Counted from the whole stretch's first letter, positions 31,731 through 40,892 are shown. The stretch: DNA of 63,690 nt, filler included, from 8 parts of 8 records of this genome joined end to end with filler, not necessarily neighbours in it, one strand, 5' to 3'. The notes: a model not told the origin generated them from the sequence alone. A program made the numbers and translations.

Positions 31731-33824
31731 TCAACCGCCGGGCCAGGGTTCGGGCCGACCGAAGAAGTAGCCCTGTGCAGCCTCGATATCGAGCTCCCTC
31801 AGCAGACTGGCCTCTTCCGCCGTTTCCACATGTTTGGCGATCACCTTGATGCCGAGTTCGTGGGCGGCGCGTACCAGCCCGTTCAGGATGGCCGCCTTGG
31901 CGGGCTCTTCCACCACCTGCTGAGTGAGGCTCGACTCAAGCTTCAGCCATTCGACACGCAGGTTGGTCAACCGCGACAGGACCGGCCAGTGTCCGGCAAA
32001 GTCGTCAATGGCGGTCTGGCACCCCAGTTCGTTCACGAACTTGAAAAACGCCTGGACGCTCGCCGGCTCTCGCAGAAAATCCTTTTCCGCGATTTCAAGA
32101 CAGAGCTTAGATGCCAGCAGCGGATTGACCGACAAACGATGATAGAGCCCGTCACGGAAGATCGGATCGCGGGCGGATTCAGCCGAGACGTTCATCGTCA
32201 GGATGGTACGGTCGGGATTGCGCTCTGCCGCGTCCAGCACCTTGTCCAGCGTCCAGGCATCCACCTGTGCAATGAAACCGGAGCGTTCGGCAGCCGAGAT
32301 CCAGGCACGTGACGAGAGGCCCCGGGCACGATCTCCCTGCAGGCGCAGAAGGATTTCAGAACCGCAGGCCCTGTTCCGTTTCAGGCAGACGATGGGCATC
32401 GCATAGAGCGTCAGCTCGTTGCCGCGGAAACTTCCCGGCTCCGGTAGGTCCGCCAGCTCACCACCCGCCCCTTCGCAGTCCTGCGGCTGCACCGAATGAA
32501 CCTGCACGGAACGGCCACCAAATCGCTTGCCGCGCAAACATGCCCGGTCGGCCAGCCCCAGAAGAGCTGCCGCATCACCTTCACGCAGCTTCACATTGCT
32601 GTCGAGGAACGCCACACCGATGGACCCGCCAATGGTGAACACCCGGTCCCCTACCTCCAGACGGATACGGTCAAAACCGGCCAGAATTTCCTCGGCGATA
32701 TCGAGAGCGGCTTCCTCGTTGACCACCGGCACCATGCCGGCAAATTCATCACCGCCGATCCTGGCGGCCGTACCGAATTCACCCAAGGTCAGGCGCAGGC
32801 AAGCCGCGACACGCTGGAGCATGTCGTCACCCGCGTCGTGGCCACCAAGATCATTGACCTTCTTGAACTCGTCGAGATCGATATAAAGAACGGCAAGGCC
32901 GATTTCATCTTCTGCGGCAAGCCGGGTCAGTTCACGTTTCAAGGCCTTGGTAAAGGCACGGCGGTTCTCCAGGCCCGTCAGCGGATCGAGATACGCCAGG
33001 CGCCTGTTTTCGGCGGTTTCCTGAGGGCAGTCGACATTGCGCCGGATAACCGCCATTGAGGCACCCATGCCCGGCTTACTCTTCACCGAACCGGGGATGG
33101 GAACGAGCCGCACTTCGCACATCTGGCGATCGGTCACGTAACCTGCTGCCTGGAAGCTTCGATTTTCCGGAATATAGAAGGTCTGCGGCAGTTCGCCTTC
33201 CAGATTTTCCAGGGCTTCGGCCAAGAGGTCCATTTCATAGTCGCTGTTGATCAGCTTCAGCAGCTTTCCCGCCATTTCATCGAGGCTTTCGGAACCGTCG
33301 AACACAAGAACGTCGTCCGGAAAATGCTCCAGAAGATCGAGATCCCTTGCGGACTTTGCGGAGCGGATTTCATTTCGCGCCGGCTCTGGCAGGGTAACGA
33401 TCTCGTCCTGGCCGTGTTCTTCCAGATCGAACTGGACCAGGACAGCCTGGCGCTCGCCCGAGAGAGAGACAAAGGATGTGCAAATCATGTGGTGGCAGAA
33501 GGTTTCGCCCGACTGCAGCACGATGGCCCCGCTCGCCTGCGCGGGAACACCGCTGAAAGCCGCCGACAGAACCGCCTCGCACCGCCGCCAGCTTGTTTCC
33601 GACAAAAGCGACGGCAGGCTGACCGGCACCGGAAAGACGCCTTTTGCGGCGCAAAGCGCCTTCATCTGCTTGTTGTGAACAAGGACGCTGCCATCCTGCG
33701 CGACATAGGCCGCAGCATGGGGAAGAACCTCCAGCAGGGACGTGTGGAAGCCTGTAAGATTATTATTTTCCGCACGACCGGATTGTTCCAGCCGGTCGCT
33801 TAAGAACCGATGGCTGACTTGCAC
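31731..33824 (-). CDS. PAS-like/GGDEF/EAL c-di-GMP signalling protein (intact GGDEF, degenerate EAL)
   Basis: DPLTGLENRR, IDLDEFKKVND..GHDAGD, RIGGDEF; EAL-like region with EILLR, DDFAGHW, IAKHVET, AQGYFFGRP. Confidence 0.92.
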   Translation of the reverse strand: MQVSHRFLSDRLEQSGRAENNNLTGFHTSLLEVLPHAAAYVAQDGSVLVHNKQMKALCAAKGVFPVPVSLPSLLSETSWRRCEAVLSAAFSGVPAQASGAIVLQSGETFCHHMICTSFVSLSGERQAVLVQFDLEEHGQDEIVTLPEPARNEIRSAKSARDLDLLEHFPDDVLVFDGSESLDEMAGKLLKLINSDYEMDLLAEALENLEGELPQTFYIPENRSFQAAGYVTDRQMCEVRLVPIPGSVKSKPGMGASMAVIRRNVDCPQETAENRRLAYLDPLTGLENRRAFTKALKRELTRLAAEDEIGLAVLYIDLDEFKKVNDLGGHDAGDDMLQRVAACLRLTLGEFGTAARIGGDEFAGMVPVVNEEAALDIAEEILAGFDRIRLEVGDRVFTIGGSIGVAFLDSNVKLREGDAAALLGLADRACLRGKRFGGRSVQVHSVQPQDCEGAGGELADLPEPGSFRGNELTLYAMPIVCLKRNRACGSEILLRLQGDRARGLSSRAWISAAERSGFIAQVDAWTLDKVLDAAERNPDRTILTMNVSAESARDPIFRDGLYHRLSVNPLLASKLCLEIAEKDFLREPASVQAFFKFVNELGCQTAIDDFAGHWPVLSRLTNLRVEWLKLESSLTQQVVEEPAKAAILNGLVRAAHELGIKVIAKHVETAEEASLLRELDIEAAQGYFFGRPEPWPGG

Positions 33825-34165
33825 CAGACCGCCCTTTCAAATTGCCGTTAAAATGGCGCTAATCAATACACACATGCGCCGCTCCTATGTAAAAATTACT
33901 AACACAGTTCAGTTGGCAAAACCGAAACAGAAAAACTACCCACAACTCTTAGAATTTTTATAGTAAATCAAAAATTAATGCGACTATTGCAAATGTATTT
34001 AAAATTTTATGTTTATTTTATACTCGCGCCTCATTTGCCCCGAAAACTGCCACATTTTGATCACCCTCACGACGCAAAGGCGCCGCTGCGGAATGTTACC
34101 AGCGTCGTCACGAAACTGTGTTCAAGATCGATCGGGGCGGGCTCACTTGCCCCAGGGGGACTATC

Positions 34166-34582
34166 ATGAAGAGAATTGTTCTCGCGCGGCATTTATCGCG
34201 CGTTGCCTTGGCGGGTGCCTTGCTTGCAGCAGCAGGTGTCGTCAGCGGTGCTCAGGCGGGCGTCTATCAACAATGCGGGAAAGCGTCCTGGTACAAGCTC
34301 GGCGGCACCACCGCCAGTGGTGAACGCGCAAACCCCAACCAACTGACCGCAGCCCACAGGAGCCTGCCCTTCGGTACGCTGGTGGATGTGACCAATCTTG
34401 CCAACGGAAAGACTGTCACGGTGCGTATCAACGACCGGGGCCCCTTTGCCAAGGGCCGTGTTATAGATGTGACCTGGGCGGCAGCAAAAGAGCTCGGTTT
34501 TGTCCGCAGAGGCATCACGCGCGTAAAACTTTCCAGCAAAGCCGGGAAAATTTCTTCCGAATATAAGCAAATTTGCCAATAA
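34166..34582 (+). CDS. RlpA-like (DPBB) lytic transglycosylase family protein
   Basis: [40 protein letters not shown]; signal peptide; no SPOR domain. Confidence 0.92.
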   Translation: MKRIVLARHLSRVALAGALLAAAGVVSGAQAGVYQQCGKASWYKLGGTTASGERANPNQLTAAHRSLPFGTLVDVTNLANGKTVTVRINDRGPFAKGRVIDVTWAAAKELGFVRRGITRVKLSSKAGKISSEYKQICQ

Positions 34583-34759
34583 ATTTGCGGCAGGAAAGAC
34601 AACATTTCCTTGCCGCAACGGCGCTTCCAAATTGTATGACAAATTTAAAGCGCTGAATTTAATGAATTAATTTGTACGACACATTATTTCATATATGACT
34701 CAGTATGAATAACGATCAGTCGCATTACAGTGAATCAAAAAATAAAATATTTTACGGTA

Positions 34760-34788
34760 ATGACAATCGAGAAAGATGCCGCTAGAGT
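34760..34788 (+). promoter_or_regulatory. Putative sigma70-type promoter for an orphan small RNA
   Basis: ATGACA (34760-34765), 17 bp spacer, TAGAGT (34783-34788) preceded by GC; AT-rich upstream tract. Confidence 0.5.
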
Positions 34789-34792
34789 TGCC

Positions 34793-34860
34793 GCCGTGGT
34801 CGATGGGGCCACGTGCACAGTAACTTTATTCGCGCAGTCTAACGGCTGCGCGTTTTTTTT
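34793..34860 (+). ncRNA. Candidate trans-acting small RNA (two hairpins plus poly-U)
   Basis: CGTGGTC/GGCCACG stem, single-stranded AU-rich linker, CGCGCAGTC-taac-GGCTGCGCG-T8 terminator; promoter-like element immediately upstream; no ORF. Confidence 0.5.
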
Positions 34861-34940
34861 GTAACATTCCTCATCCCGCCGTAACCGGCTCGAAACTGCC
34901 CTCGATAGCCTCTGCTTTTGCTTACGCGGACGCGCCAGTT

Positions 34941-36497
34941 TCAGACCTCCTCCCCCTCAAACAGACGTTTCAGGAAGTCCGCAGCACTTTCCTTGATTAA
35001 CTGCTGTTTTTCCGGCCCCATCCTGTGCCAGGACGCGTAAGGCTGACCGAGCCGTGGATTGCCCTTGAGCACCTCCTTGTTGCGGTCCAGAAAGTCCCAG
35101 TAAAGCGCATTGAACGGACAGGCCTTTGGCCCCGTCTTCTGCTTCACGTCATAAGAGCATGCGTCGCAATAGTCCGACATGCGGTCGATATAGTTGCCGC
35201 TCGATACATAGGGTTTGGAGCCGAGGAGCCCACCGTCGGCGAACTGGCTCATGCCAATGGTGTTGGGCGCTTCCACCCATTCATAGGCGTCGGCGTAGAC
35301 CATCAGATACCATTCATGCACTTCCTTCGGCCTGACGCCCGCCAGCAGGGCGAAATTGCCTGTCACCATCAGTCTTTGAATGTGGTGGGCATAGGCTTCT
35401 TCCAAGGTCTGGCCGATCGCTTCCGACAGGCAGCGCATGCGTGTCTGTCCGGTCCAGTAGCAATCGGGCAACGGACGGTCGGCGCCAAGTGCGTTGCTGT
35501 CGACATAGTCCGGCATCTTCAGCCAGTAGATGCCGCGCACATATTCCCGCCAGCCAAGGATCTGCCGGATGAACCCTTCGGCGGCATTGAGCGGAACCTT
35601 GTCCGCTTTCCATGCCTCTTCCACCTTCCCACACAGCACCTTGGCATCCAGCAGGCCGGCATTCAGATAGGCCGACAGTACCGAGTGGAACAGAAACTTC
35701 CGGCCGCTCAGCATGGCATCCTGATAGGTTCCGAAATCGGCCAGCATGTCGGCCAGGAACTGCTCACAAGCCTCTTCCGCGTCCTTGCGGGTCACTGCGA
35801 ACCAGAATGGCTCAAGATCGCCTATGTGCCCGGAAAATCGACTGGCGACCAGGTCCAGCACCTCACGCGTGATTGCGTCCGGCTTGAAGCGTTTCGGCTC
35901 TGGCATGAACAGGTCCGGCTGCGCGGGCTTGCGATTGTCCGCATCATAGTTCCATTTGCCTCCCGCAGGCTTGTCACCGTCCATCAGCAGGCCGGTGGAA
36001 CGGCGCATCTCGCGGTAGAAATATTCCATGCGCAATTGCTTGCGTCCGTTCGCCCACGCCCGGAAATCCGCCACCGTTGAGAAGAACCGCGTGTCGGTAA
36101 GGATCTCCACCGGAAGGCTGAAAGCGTCGGACCAGGAGCGCATGTCCTCCAAGACCCGCCACTCGCCGGGTTCGGTAACCACCATCCGCTGTGGCCGCAG
36201 GCGTTCGCAGGCCCGCTTCACCTCGCCCTTGAAGCTGCCGCTGTTGGCAGGGTCATCCAGCTTGACGTAATCCACCGTCCAGCCGGCTTCCTTCAGCTCT
36301 TCGGCGAAGTGGCGCATGGCGGAAAACAGGAAGGCAATCTTCTTCTTGTGATGGCGCACATAGGTGGCCTCCGCCATCACCTCGACCATCAGCACCCTGT
36401 CGTGGGCCGGATCGGCCCGCTTCAGGCTGGACAGGTCAAGGCTCAGCTGGTCTCCCAGCACAAGTACAAGCGAACGGCAGTGGTTGGTCTCGGTCAT
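34941..36497 (-). CDS. FeS-cluster bacterial cryptochrome/photolyase (PhrB/CryB, (6-4) photolyase type)
   Basis: LVLGDQL, HHKKKI..FSAMRHFA, RMEYFYR, WNYDADNRK, EGFIRQILGWREY, YAHHIQRLM; four cluster Cys (MRCL, DYCDAC, ACPFN). Confidence 0.93.
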   Translation of the reverse strand: MTETNHCRSLVLVLGDQLSLDLSSLKRADPAHDRVLMVEVMAEATYVRHHKKKIAFLFSAMRHFAEELKEAGWTVDYVKLDDPANSGSFKGEVKRACERLRPQRMVVTEPGEWRVLEDMRSWSDAFSLPVEILTDTRFFSTVADFRAWANGRKQLRMEYFYREMRRSTGLLMDGDKPAGGKWNYDADNRKPAQPDLFMPEPKRFKPDAITREVLDLVASRFSGHIGDLEPFWFAVTRKDAEEACEQFLADMLADFGTYQDAMLSGRKFLFHSVLSAYLNAGLLDAKVLCGKVEEAWKADKVPLNAAEGFIRQILGWREYVRGIYWLKMPDYVDSNALGADRPLPDCYWTGQTRMRCLSEAIGQTLEEAYAHHIQRLMVTGNFALLAGVRPKEVHEWYLMVYADAYEWVEAPNTIGMSQFADGGLLGSKPYVSSGNYIDRMSDYCDACSYDVKQKTGPKACPFNALYWDFLDRNKEVLKGNPRLGQPYASWHRMGPEKQQLIKESAADFLKRLFEGEEV

Positions 36498-36807
36498 GGG
36501 GCTCTGTTTTTTCCGGTCCTGGCCTTCCTACGCACAAACCCCGCCGCCCTATCACCTCTGCGGCCATTTTTTCCTCGCGCTCCCGCGTCAAACGCTACCC
36601 GCCCTACTCTGTCCGGCCAGTTTCGCCCTAACCAGCCAGGCTGGAGCACCCAAAAACCACCGACAGGTGCGCAGATAACCCGGCGTTCATCCAGCCCCAA
36701 CAACCCCGCCGATATCTTGTCCAAAATTTCAGAAAGCGATTGCCCCGGATCGCCGGATCTTGTATCAGACCCCTCTATCCGCCGCGGAACCCTTGCGCGC
36801 GCGAAGA

Positions 36808-36837
36808 GCACCCGTAGCTCAGCTGGATAGAGCGCTG
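36808..36837 (+). tRNA. tRNA 5' fragment, probably tRNA-Arg(CCG) (truncated by contig end)
   Basis: GCACCCGTAGCTCAGCTGGATAGAGCGCTG gives the acceptor 5' strand and a D-arm typical of tRNA-Arg; the anticodon is not sequenced. Confidence 0.8.
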
Positions 36838-36937
36838 NNNNNNNNNNNNNNNNNNNNNNNNNNNNNNNNNNNNNNNNNNNNTTAATTAATTAANNNNNNN
36901 NNNNNNNNNNNNNNNNNNNNNNNNNNNNNNNNNNNNN
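36838..36937. other. Artificial contig spacer
   Basis: 44N-TTAATTAATTAA-44N. Confidence 0.99.
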
Positions 36938-37135
36938 GCCCGAGCCAAAGATGAACAGCACGAAAAAGAACGTGCTGCCCAAGGTCACCGCCGCCAACGC
37001 CTCGACCGAGAACCAGCCAAGCATGACCGTATCGGTCACACCAATGGCAATTTGCCCCAGATGCCCGCCGATCAATGGCAGGCCCAAAGTAAGAATCGCG
37101 CGGACATGGCCGCCATATGTCATAGGTTGTGTCAT
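36938..37135 (-). CDS. MATE family efflux transporter, N-terminal fragment
   Basis: ILTLGLPLIGGHLGQIAIGVTDTVMLGWFSVEALAAV matches a NorM-like first TM region. Confidence 0.85.
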
Positions 37136-37177
37136 GGCCCAGAATTAGGTGCGAATTTTTCAAAGGTGAAGAGGCGG

Positions 37178-37567
37178 TTATACACGGCCCAAATGCGTGT
37201 CTTTGAAGTGACCATTGTACTTAAGCCCATACCCAATGGCCCGGTCCAGCCCGATATGCGCGCCCCAGATCAACGCCAGTTGCGCGGCAAGGGATGACCC
37301 CATCCACCACCCCAAAGCCGCCAGCGCCAGCGGCGCCAGATAGCTATGGCCGATGTTGTAGCACAAAGCACCCATCCGGTTGCCGGCGAGATACCCCACC
37401 ATGAACAGATCCGGCAGTAGAAAAGCCATAAAATACAGCCACCAACCGCCCTCCAGCTGATGATAAAATAACGTGCAAAGCCCTGCGACGGCCAAACCTT
37501 CGCTGCGCAGGATCGCTGGCATGGTCCAGTTGCCTCCGGCCTTTCTGGTCAATTTTACCTCAGTCAT
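37178..37567 (-). CDS. DUF4260-like small membrane protein
   Basis: LRSEGL, LPDLFMVGYLAG, YNIGHSY, HIGLDRAIGYGLKY..F.DTHLG; GGAG RBS upstream. Confidence 0.82.
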   Translation of the reverse strand: MTEVKLTRKAGGNWTMPAILRSEGLAVAGLCTLFYHQLEGGWWLYFMAFLLPDLFMVGYLAGNRMGALCYNIGHSYLAPLALAALGWWMGSSLAAQLALIWGAHIGLDRAIGYGLKYNGHFKDTHLGRV

Positions 37568-37659
37568 TTCGATCTCCTTTTTTTACTTCACAAGGATCAT
37601 CCCCGCAGTAATGCCTGAAAGAAATTGTTCAAATGCGTTCAACCAGCTATCATATTTTG

Positions 37660-38526
37660 ATGAGTACAATTTTCCCGTCCCTTGACCATATCCCGGCCTT
37701 TCACGCGGTTATGACAACCGGCAGCCTCAGTGCAGCCGCCCGTCATCTGCGACTCGCCCAGCCCACCGTGCGCCGCCATATCGAAGCGCTGGAGCAAGAG
37801 TTGAACACCCAGTTGTTCACCCGCGCCGCCAACGGCCTGACCCCAACCTCCATGGCCGAGACCCTTTTGCCACTGGCCCGCGCCGTTCTGGAAGAGGCAG
37901 CGGCGCTGCACCGGGCGGCCTCCGCGCAAAAAGACGCGCTGTCCGGTGTTGTGCGCATCACGTCCAGCCGCGTTGCAGCCGCGCATGTCTTGCCGCCGCT
38001 GCTTTCCCACTTGGCCAAAGACGCCCCCGGCCTGCGCTTTGAGCTGGCCGCCACCGATCACGCCGAAGATCTGACGCGCCGCGCCGCCGACATTGCCTTG
38101 CGGTTCACCCCCCCAAAACAGCAATCTCTGATCGCGGCACCTTTGGGCGCGGTCGAGGTGGGTCTTTTTGCCCATCCCGATTTTGATCTGCCCCAGCCGC
38201 TGGACAACCTTCAAGGCGTCCCGTTCATCTCGGATGATCGCGAGGGGATCATCCTGCCTGCCATCCAGAACGCAGGGATGCCCCTGCCCGATCGTATCAT
38301 CCTGCGCTGCGATGATCCCTTGTCCCAGATTGCCCATATCCAATCGGGGCTGGGAGTTGGGTTTTGTCAGGTCAAGCTGGCGACCCGTCTGGGGTTGCGC
38401 CGCATCTTGCCGGACTGGACCTATGAGATGCCCGCATGGCTGGTCCTGCACGAAGATCAATCGCGCATCGCCCGCATCCGCTTTGTTTTCGATTATCTCA
38501 AGGCCGAATTGCGCCATTGGATGTGA
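37660..38526 (+). CDS. LysR family transcriptional regulator
   Basis: GSLSAAARHLRLAQPTVRRHIEALE..L...LFTR; RRAADIALR; divergent from the DUF4260-like gene. Confidence 0.93.
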   Translation: MSTIFPSLDHIPAFHAVMTTGSLSAAARHLRLAQPTVRRHIEALEQELNTQLFTRAANGLTPTSMAETLLPLARAVLEEAAALHRAASAQKDALSGVVRITSSRVAAAHVLPPLLSHLAKDAPGLRFELAATDHAEDLTRRAADIALRFTPPKQQSLIAAPLGAVEVGLFAHPDFDLPQPLDNLQGVPFISDDREGIILPAIQNAGMPLPDRIILRCDDPLSQIAHIQSGLGVGFCQVKLATRLGLRRILPDWTYEMPAWLVLHEDQSRIARIRFVFDYLKAELRHWM

Positions 38527-38603
38527 CAGGCTTGCACCTGCAATCTGGCCACGCCACAGTTGCCCTGCCCCAAGCGGCAGACCATCCAAAAGGGAACAGG
38601 CCC

Positions 38604-39470
38604 ATGCGCACCGAAACAACTACATTGAACGGCCAATCCTTTTTTGTCCGGCACTGGGGAGATGAATCCCTGCCCAAGATGTTGATGCTGCACGGTTTCC
38701 CGGAATATGGCGGATCATGGTCCGATCTGGCGTCACGTTTGGAACACCGCTTTCACATCATCGCCCCCGACCAACGCGGCTATGGGCAAAGCTGGGCCCC
38801 TGCGGATGTCTCCGCCTATACAACCTCGGAGCTGGTCAAGGATATGGCCGCCCTGATCGGAGATGATCCCCTGATCGTTCTTGGCCATGATTGGGGTGCA
38901 GCGGTGGCCTATGGCCTTGCGATGTTCCGGCCTGAACTGGTGCAAAAGCTGATTATCATGAACGGCGTGCATCCGGCCCCGTTTCAACGGGCCATGGCCG
39001 CCGGAGGACCGCAAACCGAGGCCTCGCAATACATCCACTACCTGCGCAAGGACGGATCCGAAGATCACCTTGCCGCCGACAATTTCTTTAAATTGCAGGC
39101 GCTGTTTTCTGCAAACATGGATATGTCATGGCTCAAAGGGGCCACCCTTGATGCCTATCTGGCGGAATGGTCACGCCCCGGCCGGTTGCGCGGCATGATC
39201 AATTGGTATCGCGCCTCCCCCTTGCAGGTGCCGCAATCGGGCCAGTCGCTTTGTGATCTGCCCGCGTTTGATCCAGCTCGCCTTCAGGTGCGCTGCCCGC
39301 ATCTGTTGATCTGGGGCAGCGACGATACCGCGCTCTTGCCCGCATCGACCGAAGGGTTGGAGGAATTTGCCCCCGATTTGACGCGGGTAGAGATTGCAGG
39401 CGCGGATCATTGGCTGCACCACCAGAAACCCGATGAGGTGGCGCAGGCAATTCTGGGATGGCTGGGCTGA
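38604..39470 (+). CDS. Alpha/beta fold hydrolase, epoxide hydrolase-like
   Basis: HGFPE, APDQRGYG, GHDWGA (Asp nucleophile), WG..D, ADHWLHHQKP. Confidence 0.92.
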   Translation: MRTETTTLNGQSFFVRHWGDESLPKMLMLHGFPEYGGSWSDLASRLEHRFHIIAPDQRGYGQSWAPADVSAYTTSELVKDMAALIGDDPLIVLGHDWGAAVAYGLAMFRPELVQKLIIMNGVHPAPFQRAMAAGGPQTEASQYIHYLRKDGSEDHLAADNFFKLQALFSANMDMSWLKGATLDAYLAEWSRPGRLRGMINWYRASPLQVPQSGQSLCDLPAFDPARLQVRCPHLLIWGSDDTALLPASTEGLEEFAPDLTRVEIAGADHWLHHQKPDEVAQAILGWLG

Positions 39471-39473
39471 TCC

Positions 39474-40082
39474 CTATTTGTGGCCCCAATCGTCCGGGTC
39501 ATCCGAATTGCCGGGGCTGAGGCCGATCACATCGCCATCTGTAGAACAGCCAAGCCCCAGCACGGTGCGGTTGGCATAAGAGAAATAGGCGCTGACCTGG
39601 TTGATTTCCAGAATCTCGCCATCGTCCCACCCCGCATCGCGCAAGGCCTGCACGTCGGCTTGCACCATCTGCCCTGCCGCCTGCGTGAGCTTTTGCGCAT
39701 AGACCATCGCCGCCCTTTGCGCCTCATCCAGCGGTGCCGCCGCCACATCACGCGCTGTGATCGCCGCACGGATCGCATCGGCCCGCGCATCATCGCGCAA
39801 AAGCCGTTTCATCCCGGCAAAATGATGCTCCACACAATAGGTACAGTCATTCAGCGACGACACCCAAACGCCCAACACTTCCAAAAACCATTTGGGGATC
39901 TCGTTGTCCTTGTGATGCAGCACATATTTGTAGATCGCCATATGCCCTTCCATCGTGTGAGGGCGCAGCGAATGCATCATCATGATGTTGTCGACATTGT
40001 TGTTTGGCCCCGTAACCCGTTGATAAAGCTGCTTGAGCTTGCCGGTTGCCGCGTCAAAGGGAATGGTTTTGATCCAAGGCAT
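39474..40082 (-). CDS. Peroxidase-related enzyme, AhpD/CMD family
   Basis: VSSLNDCTYCVEHH CxxC motif; DVQALRDAGWDDGEILE..V.AYF.YANR. Confidence 0.88.
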   Translation of the reverse strand: MPWIKTIPFDAATGKLKQLYQRVTGPNNNVDNIMMMHSLRPHTMEGHMAIYKYVLHHKDNEIPKWFLEVLGVWVSSLNDCTYCVEHHFAGMKRLLRDDARADAIRAAITARDVAAAPLDEAQRAAMVYAQKLTQAAGQMVQADVQALRDAGWDDGEILEINQVSAYFSYANRTVLGLGCSTDGDVIGLSPGNSDDPDDWGHK

Positions 40083-40143
40083 TGGTGCCTCCTTTATGAT
40101 TTTTTCCTACACTGCGTCCATGGATGGACCACCGCAAGACCCC

Positions 40144-40183
40144 TTGCAAAAACAACACAATAATGTATATCTGGATATATATT
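40144..40183 (+). promoter_or_regulatory. TA operon promoter region with palindromic operator
   Basis: TTGCAA at 40144-40149; inverted repeat AATGTATATC-tg-GATATATATT (40162-40183, one mismatch) just before the GGAG RBS. Confidence 0.65.
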
Positions 40184-40195
40184 TTGGAGCATATC

Positions 40196-40444
40196 ATGAC
40201 CCGCATCCTGACCAACCACATTGCCACGATGACCGAAATGCGCGAGCCGCACAAAGTGCTGGAACGCTCGGGCGGTAAACCTGTGGCGATCATGAAGAAC
40301 TCCAAATGCGTGGGCTATTTTGTGCCCGCAGAGGCGACCTTGCAGGAAGAGCCACGCTACGCCACGCTGGATGAAGTGATGCAGAGTATTGCCCGTAGGA
40401 AAAGCGTCAATCAGCCTGTCCTCGATTACCTCAAAGACAAATGA
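40196..40444 (+). CDS. Antitoxin, Phd/YefM superfamily (StbD/YafN-like N-terminus)
   Basis: IATMTEMREPHKVL...GKPVAIMKNSKCVGYFVP; 82 aa; ATGA overlap with the Doc-family toxin. Confidence 0.8.
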   Translation: MTRILTNHIATMTEMREPHKVLERSGGKPVAIMKNSKCVGYFVPAEATLQEEPRYATLDEVMQSIARRKSVNQPVLDYLKDK

Positions 40445-40821
40445 GTTTTGTCCTTATCGATGCGGATCTGGTGGTTGCCATTCACGATGCGGTTCTCAAC
40501 CCCGGTGAGTTGCAAGGCATGGCTGGAGACAAATCCATCAGCGGCGCACTGGCGCGCGTCGACAATCGTCTGGTCTACGGCTTGATCAACGACGTTTTTG
40601 ATCTGGCTGCAGCCTATTGTGTCGCGATCGCGACCGGCCATGTATTTAACGACGCCAACAAGCGAACCGCTCATCAGACAATGGATGTTTGTTTGGATCT
40701 CAACGGCGTGCAATTGGCCCATGAAACCATCGAAACGGGCGATCTGATCCGCAATGTGGCACAGCGGCGGCTGGATGAGGACGATCTGGCCGCATGGCTG
40801 CGCAAGAAGGCTGTGGATTAA
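40441..40821 (+). CDS. doc: Death-on-curing (Doc/Fic family) toxin
   Basis: AIHD N-terminus, LAAAY..AIATGHVFNDANKRTA Doc active-site loop; 126 aa. Confidence 0.92.
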   Translation: MSFVLIDADLVVAIHDAVLNPGELQGMAGDKSISGALARVDNRLVYGLINDVFDLAAAYCVAIATGHVFNDANKRTAHQTMDVCLDLNGVQLAHETIETGDLIRNVAQRRLDEDDLAAWLRKKAVD

Positions 40822-40892
40822 CCGCGCAAACGCATTGCCGGAAGCCGCGCGGCCTGTCAAAATAGCCGCCACATATAAGAAAGAGCAGCCCC

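Noticed and set aside
35025-36080. 351-aa plus-strand ORF
   Set aside because: Antisense shadow of the photolyase gene.
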